Shown in pieces: positions 28,623 to 37,823 of a stretch of 64,000 bases of DNA. The position numbers were made by a program, and so were the translations under genes. The stretch is from a virus (Duplodnaviria > Caudoviricetes), in the IMG/VR virus record IMGVR_UViG_3300022074_000030, positions 2,077 to 66,076 of that record; one strand, given 5' to 3'. The notes under the pieces are model-generated. The model saw nothing but the letters and a program-made list of their open reading frames with translations, was not told the DNA's origin and did no database searches. Each line of letters begins with the position of its first letter. Position 1 is the stretch's first letter.

Positions 28623-30739
28623 TATCTACCTCTATTTTGTTTTAAGGTTGAGCCGAGTGTTTTAACACTGTTTGCATCTGTGTTTACTTTATTAACAATG
28701 TTATTAATCAACTTATTGTTTTCTTTCATTTTAGCTTGAGCTGCTTTATAATCTCTGTCAAAATTTGCTTTAACATCACCGTCTGGTAAATTTTCTGCAC
28801 CTCGTTTTGCTGCGACTGCACTTAAACTTTCGCCATTCAGTAAATCTATAGTCGCACCTGCTTTTTTAATCGCTCCGTTTACATCATTATTTAATCTTCT
28901 ACTTTCACTTAATTCAGTTATGGCTGCATTACTTGAAGAATATGATATAGGTTTTGTTATAGTAGATGAAGTGCTGGCAATAATTGCGGGTTTTGTAACT
29001 GCAGTTTGCAGCTTAGGTGGAAATTCATCAAGGTTAGTAAGATCATCATAACGATAAACAAACCTATATTTAGATCTTATATTTTGTCTTACATCAAAAG
29101 TATTTTGTACACGGTCACTCGCTTCACTAGTAGAATACACACCGCAATCTGGAAATACAGTGAACCATGCTTTTAAAAATCTATCATATGTTTCAAATTG
29201 TTTAGCGTTAGGAGGTGTTCCACCAGAAAGTATAGTTAATTGAGCACCAGTTTTATAAAATCTTGGATACGCCGAAGGTGTACGAGTTTTATCTATTGGC
29301 CTTCCTCTTTGTAAACTTCCATCTGTTAGAATTATATAGTGAGAGTTTATTCCGTATTCATTAGGCCTTATTGATATTCTTTCTATTGCTGTTTCAGCTG
29401 CTGTTTTACCATCAGATGCAGTATTAGTATCATAAATTTCTCTAGTTAACACACGCAGTTGAGCCCTTTTAACTCTTTCTTGCATATCTTTAGCATTAGC
29501 TTTTTCAGGTGGTCCAGTATATTTTGCGGGTTCATGAATAAACAATCCTCCTATAAAATCATCACCTGTATTTTTTGGCCCTCTTCGACTTTCTTGAAAC
29601 TCTGTGACTAACTCTTCAACTGAATTTACAAATGTATATTCGTAGCTTTCAGGAGTTGCGTATCCAGCATAAGCATTTTGATCTTGTAATACATATGAAA
29701 TAGTAGGAGTACCTACACTCACCAAGCTACCTTTGTTTACATAATTAGAAATATTAGTTTGTGATCCACCCGCTTCAATTAAATCGGATGTTATTCCATT
29801 AAAAGAAGGAATTCCATTTTTAATATCACTAAATATAGAACCTACTTTATTTAGTAGATTGCCAATAACTTGTGGAAATAAGTTTTGTTTACTTCTACCT
29901 AATCCTGAAAATGCGCTGAGAGGATTAAAATTTAAAAATGCAGAATTTTGTAAAGATTTTAATTTATCTTTGTATATTTTAGATGATGCCTGTACAGCAA
30001 CGGTAGAAGGATTGTTTTCAGGTTTTAAAGATTCAATAGTTCTTGATGGACTAATAGAAACATTTGACGCGTATGTTCTTATTTTTTGTGGAGGAAGACT
30101 TGCAAAGTTTTTCTGCAGCTGTTTAAGTAGAGCTGCAGGAGATCCGCTTGTAACAATTTTCTTTAATGATGATGTTCCGGTTGGAGCAAATCCAAAAGCT
30201 TTTGTTAATTCACTTTGACTTGATGTAGTCGGTAATAAACTACCATCACCTGCAGAAGCAGTAAATATTACAGGCATAGTTCTTTTAGTTATAGTTTCAC
30301 CTTCTTTAGCAAAAGGTGTTAAAGATTTAAATCCACCAGTTTCATTATAGTTTCCTATAGTTGCGCCATCATTACTAATTTTATCAGTTTGTGTATTTTC
30401 TAATTTAGTAGAGAAAAACGGTTGATTATTTTTAGCCGCGCGATTGACATCTTCTTTTGTTATTAATTTTCCAAACTGATCTCTTTGTGGAAGGGTAGAG
30501 GCTTCGTAGTCAATCTCTAACTCTGTATCAAAATTTTTTCTAATCGTTAAAATTAATGTTGTTGAATTAAATTTCCACAAACTGCCAGGAATTTTTGTGT
30601 ATCTATGAGTTGGTCCAGAATTATTTAAATAAATTCTTCTATACTCTGGATTAATAAGACGCCTCATTTGAACCATACTAACCTGAAAAGTACCTGATGG
30701 TAATTGTATTTTGTCTCCTCTAGCTATAAATTTTGCCAT
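28622..30739 (-). CDS. Baseplate hub protein with degenerate amidase/PGRP-like domain
   Basis: FIH...YGINSHYIILTDGSLQRGRP resembles Amidase_2; lies within the gp5 locus. Confidence 0.5.
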   Translation of the reverse strand: MAKFIARGDKIQLPSGTFQVSMVQMRRLINPEYRRIYLNNSGPTHRYTKIPGSLWKFNSTTLILTIRKNFDTELEIDYEASTLPQRDQFGKLITKEDVNRAAKNNQPFFSTKLENTQTDKISNDGATIGNYNETGGFKSLTPFAKEGETITKRTMPVIFTASAGDGSLLPTTSSQSELTKAFGFAPTGTSSLKKIVTSGSPAALLKQLQKNFASLPPQKIRTYASNVSISPSRTIESLKPENNPSTVAVQASSKIYKDKLKSLQNSAFLNFNPLSAFSGLGRSKQNLFPQVIGNLLNKVGSIFSDIKNGIPSFNGITSDLIEAGGSQTNISNYVNKGSLVSVGTPTISYVLQDQNAYAGYATPESYEYTFVNSVEELVTEFQESRRGPKNTGDDFIGGLFIHEPAKYTGPPEKANAKDMQERVKRAQLRVLTREIYDTNTASDGKTAAETAIERISIRPNEYGINSHYIILTDGSLQRGRPIDKTRTPSAYPRFYKTGAQLTILSGGTPPNAKQFETYDRFLKAWFTVFPDCGVYSTSEASDRVQNTFDVRQNIRSKYRFVYRYDDLTNLDEFPPKLQTAVTKPAIIASTSSTITKPISYSSSNAAITELSESRRLNNDVNGAIKKAGATIDLLNGESLSAVAAKRGAENLPDGDVKANFDRDYKAAQAKMKENNKLINNIVNKVNTDANSVKTLGSTLKQNRGR

Positions 30740-31590
30740 TATCCATTCACCAATTTATCGAATACTTCTTTTGCGTAGCTTATTCTTTTTTCTGTATGTG
30801 CAAATTGTTTATTAGGTCTTTCATAATTATCTTGAAATAACTCAGCTGCTCTCTTGACCGTAGTTGATTTTCTTAATGGGCCATCACCTAGGTAGTTAAA
30901 TGTTTCTAATTCGTACTTAGTAAATAATAGTTGTGCACCTAGCGTTAAATGATCTAAACCTAAGTTAGCTGAATATTCTCTTAGTTGACCTAATCTATTG
31001 CCAGCCGCTTTTGCTGGATTCCATTGTGCTATTCCAACTGAACCTTCACCTTGAAATCCTGATACTGTTGTTGGGTCAAGTGATGGACCACATTCTACAC
31101 AAAAGTTACCTATAATACCACAAGCTTGTTCTACAGTATAATCACCACCTTCTTCTGAAACAAAGAAATTAAATGCTTTTTCAATGTTAGTGTTTCCATC
31201 TAAATCTATATCTATATTTCCTATTCCAGATTTTTTATTAAACGATGGATATGATGGATCAGCATCACCGCTTTGGTTAGCATAAGTTTCTATCTTAGGT
31301 ATTGATCCTATGACTAAAGGCAATTGTGAATTTCTTCCATCTAAAAATATACCGTATACTTGTGCTCTTGGTTTTAAACTACTGTTAGCACCTAAACCTG
31401 AACTACCGCCTTCTGTTACAGGTATTGCGACTTGAGCCCAAGGTAAGTCTGCATTAGGTATTAATGTAGTATCTGGAGTATGTATACCTTGTATACGAAC
31501 TTTGACTCTATCGAGTTTAAGTGGATCATTCACATCTATAACTAATCCTATAAACCATCTACTGTGATCACCATAAAAGATTTGACTCAT
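30739..31590 (-). CDS. gp5: gp5 N-terminal OB domain fused to a phage tail lysozyme
   Basis: WFIGLV.D.NDP.KL.RVKVRI.G.H, LPWA, FLDG; GIIGNF..E, GIAQW, YERP. Confidence 0.85.
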   Translation of the reverse strand: MSQIFYGDHSRWFIGLVIDVNDPLKLDRVKVRIQGIHTPDTTLIPNADLPWAQVAIPVTEGGSSGLGANSSLKPRAQVYGIFLDGRNSQLPLVIGSIPKIETYANQSGDADPSYPSFNKKSGIGNIDIDLDGNTNIEKAFNFFVSEEGGDYTVEQACGIIGNFCVECGPSLDPTTVSGFQGEGSVGIAQWNPAKAAGNRLGQLREYSANLGLDHLTLGAQLLFTKYELETFNYLGDGPLRKSTTVKRAAELFQDNYERPNKQFAHTEKRISYAKEVFDKLVNG

Positions 31591-32939
31591 AATGAAAAAT
31601 CCTCTTCTAATGAAGCAAGTCTACCACACAACAACGTGGTAGTGTAAAAAGCTTCGAATGCGTGCCTTGCAGAAACAATTACGTAATCACCTGATTTTTT
31701 AGTATCAAATTTTAGTATGTCACTGTTTTGTGCTGAACTTTCATTATCTATAAACAGCACTCTTATAGTTTTCCCTATCGTGTAGTTTTCATCTCCAGTC
31801 AAAAACTCTCGACCTCTTACAGTTATTTCTATAGGTGATTTAGCTAAAAATGATTTTAAAGCTCCTGATATTATTTTCTTTCTATGATTTCCTGCATTAT
31901 CATCATCATGTAAACTTCTAAAATTTTGTAATCCATTTACATATGCGCCTGATTGCGATATTTGTGTTACAGACCTAGCATTATACGTAGAAATATTTTT
32001 ACCATTTAACTTATATTCAGGTGCATATACATATCTTTCATTCCTGCCGCCTAATAAATTGTTAGAAGCTAATTCTTGAAACACATCTTCTACATCAAAT
32101 TTAACTCTATATGGTACTGCCGTCATTGTATTATAAAAATAATATTCTGCTCCAACAAATCCATCATCTATAAGTGAATGCAGATTTTCTGTATCTGCTA
32201 TTTTGAAATTTAAAATATTGTAATGTTTAGTTGAAACAACTGGATTTGTATCCAAACTTGGAGCGTATATAAAAGGTACTGCAGTGTTCAACACTGGATC
32301 ACTTAATATTGAACCTAAATCTCTCATTATTAGATTTTCAGTTCCTAATACTGAATACAAATAATACGGCATACCAGTTTGACTCAATGCTCGTGATTTT
32401 AACCAATTACTTGCTTCTATAGGATTTAAATTTGGTATTATAACTTTTAAATCATTTATTAATTCATCACCTAAAACTAAAAGTTCTCTATCAAGATATT
32501 CACTCATAATTTTACTAATAATAGATCCTGGACTACCGGTGTAAGATCTACTTATATTCTGCAAAGATGATTTAAAAGTGTGATATTCTGTACAGTGAAT
32601 CATAACTGATTCTGCTGCTTCATCAACTTTGACAATCTTTTCAATACGATCTATTAAAAATTCTTTTGTAATAAAATTTCCTTCATTAACCTCTTCAGAT
32701 TGAGCTAATGATAGTGTTAGTTTTTCTCCACCTTGAAAATCTATATCTTGAACTATATTATTCGTGTCTGCAAAGACAACTTCAGCCGTTAAATACGGAT
32801 TATCAATATGCTCAAATATTTGAAATGAAGCTATCAATCTTTGAATATCAGCTTTGAAATCAGGAGATCTATCGCTATTAGTTATAAACGCAGATACTAT
32901 TTGATAATCGGTTTGGGCATCAATTGGAAATTCAGACAC
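31587..32939 (-). CDS. Baseplate hub, gp27-like
   Basis: Between gp53 and gp5; IFEHI..PYLT, GGEKL, SGDYVI motifs. Confidence 0.65.
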   Translation of the reverse strand: MSEFPIDAQTDYQIVSAFITNSDRSPDFKADIQRLIASFQIFEHIDNPYLTAEVVFADTNNIVQDIDFQGGEKLTLSLAQSEEVNEGNFITKEFLIDRIEKIVKVDEAAESVMIHCTEYHTFKSSLQNISRSYTGSPGSIISKIMSEYLDRELLVLGDELINDLKVIIPNLNPIEASNWLKSRALSQTGMPYYLYSVLGTENLIMRDLGSILSDPVLNTAVPFIYAPSLDTNPVVSTKHYNILNFKIADTENLHSLIDDGFVGAEYYFYNTMTAVPYRVKFDVEDVFQELASNNLLGGRNERYVYAPEYKLNGKNISTYNARSVTQISQSGAYVNGLQNFRSLHDDDNAGNHRKKIISGALKSFLAKSPIEITVRGREFLTGDENYTIGKTIRVLFIDNESSAQNSDILKFDTKKSGDYVIVSARHAFEAFYTTTLLCGRLASLEEDFSL

Positions 32940-32940
32940 A

Positions 32941-33684
32941 TCATTCTCTTATTGCTTTTTTGTAACTAGTTACTAATGTATTTATTAAGTTAGGTCTTAT
33001 GACTCTTATTAACCTTAAGCTTTCATTTACATTGTAGTATGCTTGTTCGTTAGTTATTTCATTTTTAGTTGCGCCAGGAGCTAACAAATTTCCGTCACCA
33101 TCAACTCCTAAATCAACAATTCCGCCTGAAGTGTCAGTGTAATAGTTAGCTGCTTTATGTTCATCGGATGTAGAAACAATTGATAACGATTCAAGAGCAC
33201 TTGCACTATTCGTAGAAGTAACTGTTTCACCTGATGTTGAAAAAGAAACTTTACCTTCAATTATAATTTGACCTAGATCAAGATTTCTTCTTATGATTTT
33301 TCCTGATGCACCAGAAGTATTACCTGAAACTATTTGACCAACTTTAAACTTAGTTGAAATATTTTCTCTGGTTGTTAATACCGTGTTTGGAAATATCTTT
33401 TTAATATATGTTTGAAATTCGTTATTAATTAAAGGCCAACCTTGTTGTCTTATATTATCATTTAATAAGTAAAAAGTCCAGTAATGCAGTGGTGTATCAT
33501 AGAGTTCTATGGAGACTTGATCTGGTCTATAACCTTCTTGTATATTATAAAAAGTTAAAAAAGATATATCATCTTTTATTTGATCTATAACATCAACGTA
33601 TCTACTTAAATTTGTTGTTACTACCGATCCGGCTTCATTACCATATAGGTAATTAATCTTTTGAAAGTTTTTAAAATATTGCAT
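32941..33684 (-). CDS. gp53: Baseplate wedge subunit gp53
   Basis: YFKNF, RPDQVS.ELY...HYW...N..WP. Confidence 0.85.
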   Translation of the reverse strand: MQYFKNFQKINYLYGNEAGSVVTTNLSRYVDVIDQIKDDISFLTFYNIQEGYRPDQVSIELYDTPLHYWTFYLLNDNIRQQGWPLINNEFQTYIKKIFPNTVLTTRENISTKFKVGQIVSGNTSGASGKIIRRNLDLGQIIIEGKVSFSTSGETVTSTNSASALESLSIVSTSDEHKAANYYTDTSGGIVDLGVDGDGNLLAPGATKNEITNEQAYYNVNESLRLIRVIRPNLINTLVTSYKKAIRE

Positions 33685-35084
33685 TAGTAACCTTCCTGAA
33701 TATCATCTTTGGAAAGAGTTTTGTATTCTACAAAACTTAAAGTTAAATCTATTTCGTTTGGCGAACCATCTCTTCGCATAGCACCACCAGTTGGATTAAC
33801 TGTTGTACTTACAGTTCTTAAGTAACAATAATGTATTCTAGGAATATTTCTATTATGTACGCCGTTATAGTAAAAGTTTAATTTAAACATATTTGGAAAT
33901 TTAAATCCAATATCAGCTGTTCCTATTTTATAAACGTCTGGATACATTTGTTCTCTAAAATGTTTTACAATTTGTCTTACTTCTTCAGACTCACGCTGAG
34001 ATCTAGCAATCATTTTAAATTGAAATGTGAATTCTCTTAAACCTACGCCTCTAAATAGTGCTCTCATATTAGGATTTATTATAGCTCTATTTTGTAGTGT
34101 CAAAGCATTAGCAACACCGGATGAAAGCATACTAACTTTATCTATTATTCTAGCCGCACCTAATTTAAACGCTGTCTCACCTAATTCGTCATTACCTGTA
34201 GCTACATCTATCATGCTTGTAAAAGATTTACCAGCTTGGCTGATTGCTGCTTCTAATGCACCTTGTCCACCTTGCAGTGCAGATTCAACGCCTGCACCTA
34301 ATGCTCCTAACGGTGCATTATCATATTGTGCGTTATCATTAAATTGCATTGTAAGAGGAAAGTACATATCGACTACAGGTGCACCTTGAACTTCAACTGG
34401 ATGAAGTCTGCCACTTAACGTATTTCCTAATTCTTTTACTGCATTAGAACTTGCAACTTCGTCATATTTATTTGAAACATAACTTGAGACGGTATTTGCT
34501 GCAGCCTTTGCTCCTCCTATAGCAGTGTCTACTAATGTTGCACCTTTACCAGAAGCGTCTGCATTAGTATTGCTTTTTCCAGATGATGTTGCAACTGCTC
34601 CACCATAAGCTCCAGGACTAAGCCTAGGTCCAGTTTCTCTAAAGTCATCCACTACAAGTTGAGCTTTTTGATCAGCCGATTTTGCAACAGATTTAGCACC
34701 TTTAGTGTTATCAGTAGCTATTTTGTTAAATCGTTTTTGTGTATTTCCATCTTGTATTACTTTCATTTCAAACATTCTAAATTGAACTCGTGCTTGATAT
34801 GCTCCGCCTTCAGTTTCAAGTGGATACTTCAAATCAGATTTTCGAGAAAATCCTGAAAGTAAACCTCCTAAAACATCTCTTGCACTATTTAATAGATCTG
34901 ATAAACCCTCGGTATCTACATTTTTAACTACATCACCTACATCATTTATGGCTTTTGTATTCCCAGGGCCAAAAGGCGATAAAGGCGATGTTGTATCACT
35001 AACACCACCAGCTAAAGTTTCTCCATTAGGTCCAATTTTATTTAAAGATGTGGTTGAAACACCTGCTAATCCTATATCTGACAT
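33684..35084 (-). CDS. gp48: Baseplate tail-tube cap gp48
   Basis: INPN...LF.GV.LREFTFQFKM..RS..E, FP..F, L.F.E. Confidence 0.85.
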   Translation of the reverse strand: MSDIGLAGVSTTSLNKIGPNGETLAGGVSDTTSPLSPFGPGNTKAINDVGDVVKNVDTEGLSDLLNSARDVLGGLLSGFSRKSDLKYPLETEGGAYQARVQFRMFEMKVIQDGNTQKRFNKIATDNTKGAKSVAKSADQKAQLVVDDFRETGPRLSPGAYGGAVATSSGKSNTNADASGKGATLVDTAIGGAKAAANTVSSYVSNKYDEVASSNAVKELGNTLSGRLHPVEVQGAPVVDMYFPLTMQFNDNAQYDNAPLGALGAGVESALQGGQGALEAAISQAGKSFTSMIDVATGNDELGETAFKLGAARIIDKVSMLSSGVANALTLQNRAIINPNMRALFRGVGLREFTFQFKMIARSQRESEEVRQIVKHFREQMYPDVYKIGTADIGFKFPNMFKLNFYYNGVHNRNIPRIHYCYLRTVSTTVNPTGGAMRRDGSPNEIDLTLSFVEYKTLSKDDIQEGY

Positions 35085-35120
35085 GATAATCCTTATAGAT
35101 ATTATTAAATATTATTTTTC

Positions 35121-35128
35121 TATTTATA
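35121..35128 (-). promoter_or_regulatory. T4-type late promoter TATAAATA
   Basis: Exact consensus in the divergent gp48/gp4 gap; a TATAGATA variant at 35094-35101 (+) may serve gp4. Confidence 0.75.
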
Positions 35129-35137
35129 ACAAAAAAC

Positions 35138-35641
35138 ATGGCTTATTCGGGTAGATACACAATCAAAAATGCATCAAAATACAAAGGTGATGCTAATAAT
35201 GTTATATACAGATCTTTATGGGAAAAAGCTGTGTTTCAATGGTGTGATAAAAATCCTAAAGTAAAGCACTGGAGTTCTGAAGAAATTGTAGTTCCATATT
35301 ACTATGAAGTAGATAAAAGGTACCACAGATATTTTGTTGATATGAAAATAGTGTTTGAAGATAAAACGTTATTAGTTGAGATAAAACCTGAGAAAGAAAC
35401 ACTTCCACCTACAGGCCCGCGAAGAACTAAACAGTATATATCTGAAGGATTATCATATGTTAAGAACATGAATAAATGGGAAGCTGCTACAGAATATGCA
35501 AGAGATAGGGGTTGGCAGTTTCAAATATGGACAGAAAAAACATTACAAGAAATGAAATTACTAAAAGGACCGGTTCCCGGAAAACTAAAGAAGCTAACAC
35601 CATACAAACCTTTTCGAAAAAAGCGTAGAAAAAAGTTATAA
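35138..35641 (+). CDS. gp4: Head completion nuclease gp4
   Basis: YSG...KYKGD...YRSLWE, WSSEE, HRYFVD, EIKP, NKWEAA. Confidence 0.92.
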   Translation: MAYSGRYTIKNASKYKGDANNVIYRSLWEKAVFQWCDKNPKVKHWSSEEIVVPYYYEVDKRYHRYFVDMKIVFEDKTLLVEIKPEKETLPPTGPRRTKQYISEGLSYVKNMNKWEAATEYARDRGWQFQIWTEKTLQEMKLLKGPVPGKLKKLTPYKPFRKKRRKKL

Positions 35642-35644
35642 ATA
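35637..35644 (+). promoter_or_regulatory. T4-type late promoter TATAAATA
   Basis: Exact consensus just before the gp2 ATG. Confidence 0.75.
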
Positions 35645-35649
35645 GTCTT

Positions 35650-36240
35650 ATGAGTAACTTATTTCAAAAACTAGAACTTGAAGCTTTTCGTGCAGGAATT
35701 AATCCTCGTACACAAGAATCACGTGAATGGTTTCGTAAAAGAATTCAAAAACTTACAAGAGTCAACCGTGATGCTTTAATGAGAGAAGATGAAATTAATC
35801 GTAGAGCATCTCATAGTTATGGTTCTATGTTTATGTACTTTTATGATCCTAAGCATAAAGACAAATTACCTTTTTACGACAGGTTTCCATTAACCATACC
35901 AGTTGAACCAGCTCCTGGCGGATTCAGAGGAATAAATTTACATTATCTACCTCCAGTGTTGAGAGCAAAGTTTTTAGATGCATTATTAGATGCAACCAAT
36001 AACAAAAAATATGATGAATCTACGAGATTTAAATTAACATACGATTTGTTAAAAGGTGCACGTAAAATGAGATATTTTCAACCATGTTTTAAACATTATT
36101 TGCTTGCACACGTTAAATCACGATTTGCTGAAGTGCCTGCACCTGAATGGGAAATAGCAGCATTTTTACCTACTGCACAATGGGAGAAAGCATCTGCAGG
36201 AACAGTTTATCAGAATTCAAGGATGAAAGTAAATGGCTAA
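35650..36240 (+). CDS. gp2: DNA end protector gp2
   Basis: YDPKHKDKLPFYDRFPL, GINLHYLP. Confidence 0.92.
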   Translation: MSNLFQKLELEAFRAGINPRTQESREWFRKRIQKLTRVNRDALMREDEINRRASHSYGSMFMYFYDPKHKDKLPFYDRFPLTIPVEPAPGGFRGINLHYLPPVLRAKFLDALLDATNNKKYDESTRFKLTYDLLKGARKMRYFQPCFKHYLLAHVKSRFAEVPAPEWEIAAFLPTAQWEKASAGTVYQNSRMKVNG

Positions 36241-36913
36241 TACTATTGAAGATCTTAAAGCATTAATGAACACCAAGTTAGGTTTTGCAAGACCTAACAA
36301 GTTTTTGGTTACATTACCTACTGTAGGAGTTGGTGGTGGTTTGCTAAGTGGTATAATAGGTGCATTCAGTGGAATGGGTGGAGGAGCAAGTCCAAGAGAA
36401 TTAAATATATTATGTTCAAATGCAACCATGCCAGCAAAACAGGTACTCACTAATGATAGAAGAATTGGAATGGAATTTCAAAAAGTAGCTTATGGCTATG
36501 CTGTAGATGATGTAAGCATGACATTCTATTTAATGAATGACTATGGAATAAAAGATTATTTTGATAGTTGGAGAAGTACTATACTCGATGAGTTTGGTCA
36601 AGCATCTAACTACAAGAACGAATATGCTAAAACAGTAACTATACATCAATTAAGACAACCATTGAAAGGTTTTAGCAAACAAGTCGGACCAATAAGATTT
36701 AATGCTGGTCTCGGCGGAGGAAGTGTTTATTCAGTAGATTTATTGGATGCTTTTCCAATAGCATCTAGTGCAATTGAATTAAACAATGAACTCGACGGTT
36801 TAGTGCAATTAACAGTTACATTTGCATATACAAACTGGAGAAGAGCTAGTGGTGGACAAAACTTTATCAACATGGATATTGACACACCACTTGGCGGAAT
36901 TGATATAATATAG
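36233..36913 (+). CDS. Tail tube-like protein (gp19/gp54 fold)
   Basis: ARPNKF.V, C....MP, YFDSW, AFP, VTFAY; synteny. Confidence 0.75.
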   Translation: MANTIEDLKALMNTKLGFARPNKFLVTLPTVGVGGGLLSGIIGAFSGMGGGASPRELNILCSNATMPAKQVLTNDRRIGMEFQKVAYGYAVDDVSMTFYLMNDYGIKDYFDSWRSTILDEFGQASNYKNEYAKTVTIHQLRQPLKGFSKQVGPIRFNAGLGGGSVYSVDLLDAFPIASSAIELNNELDGLVQLTVTFAYTNWRRASGGQNFINMDIDTPLGGIDII

Positions 36914-36923
36914 GAGTGAATTA

Positions 36924-37640
36924 ATGAGCTTATTGCCAAAACTAAATGATGTTCCAAAGTATAACATTATAATACCATCAAACAATCAAGACATAACAGT
37001 AAGGCCTTTCTTAGTTAAAGAAGAGAAAATAATGTTAATAGCTTTGGAATCACAAGATCCAAAACAAATAGCTGGTGCCGTTTTAGATACTGTAACATCT
37101 TGCATAATGGATGACGTCAATGTAAATGCACTTACATCATATGACGTTGAATATCTATTTTTACAATTAAGATGCAAATCAGTAGGTGAAACTACAGACT
37201 TATTATTAAAGTGTGATGATTGTGCACATGAAAATAAAGTTAATTTTAATTTAAATGATATTAAAATGAATGTTAAAAGCATTCAAAATAAAGTTAAGAT
37301 AACAGATCAGATTGTATTAGAAATGAGACATCCTTCTTTCGTGTCACTAGCTAATAATGAAAAAATAACTAGTGAAAAAACTACTACTACCGAACAAATA
37401 TTTTCTTTAATAAAAGAATCAGTAATTTCAGTTATTAACGGCGATAGTAGAATAGATATGAAAGAAGTAAACATTGATGAATTTCAAGAATTTTTAGAAT
37501 CTATGACTCAAGAACAATTTTCAAATATTAGAAGCTATATTGAAAACATTCCAAAGTTAAGCCATGGCATTAAATTTGAATGTGAAAAGTGTAGTCATAA
37601 TAATGAAATAGCAGTAGAAGGATTGCAAAGTTTTTTATAA
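36924..37640 (+). CDS. gp26: Baseplate hub assembly chaperone gp26
   Basis: LPKL..P.Y, RPFLVKEEK, DVEYLFLQLR.KSVGE, two CxxC, EGLQSF. Confidence 0.9.
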   Translation: MSLLPKLNDVPKYNIIIPSNNQDITVRPFLVKEEKIMLIALESQDPKQIAGAVLDTVTSCIMDDVNVNALTSYDVEYLFLQLRCKSVGETTDLLLKCDDCAHENKVNFNLNDIKMNVKSIQNKVKITDQIVLEMRHPSFVSLANNEKITSEKTTTTEQIFSLIKESVISVINGDSRIDMKEVNIDEFQEFLESMTQEQFSNIRSYIENIPKLSHGIKFECEKCSHNNEIAVEGLQSFL

Positions 37641-37819
37641 TTAGTCTATCTCATACATCGTTGCAAAACCATTATAAAACTCATTTTGATTTAATGCAAC
37701 ATCATAAATATTCATTGAGTGAGATAGACGGATTGATACCATGGGAAAAAGACGTATATATTAGTATGCTAGTAGATTACATTAAAGAAAAAGAAATGGA
37801 AAACTCAAATAGGAATTAA
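37631..37819 (+). CDS. gp51: gp51-like hub assembly catalyst (-1 frame of gp26)
   Basis: Hand translation: SHTSLQNHYKTHFDLMQHHKYSLSEIDGLIPWEKDVYI; first ATG only at 37694. Confidence 0.85.
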   Translation, partial: FFIISLSHTSLQNHYKTHFDLMQHHKYSLSEIDGLIPWEKDVYISMLVDYIKEKEMENSNRN

Positions 37820-37823
37820 GTAA

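Noticed and set aside
15137-31590. Stop-codon reassignment or sequencing errors as the cause of the split genes
   Set aside because: Downstream parts have their own RBS or TAATG/ATGA coupling, and core genes are full length in the standard code.
512-34856. Many plus-strand ORFs antisense to structural genes (e.g. 7576, 11995, 20872, 22196, 27499)
   Set aside because: They are shadows of codon-biased minus-strand genes, with no RBS or family motifs.
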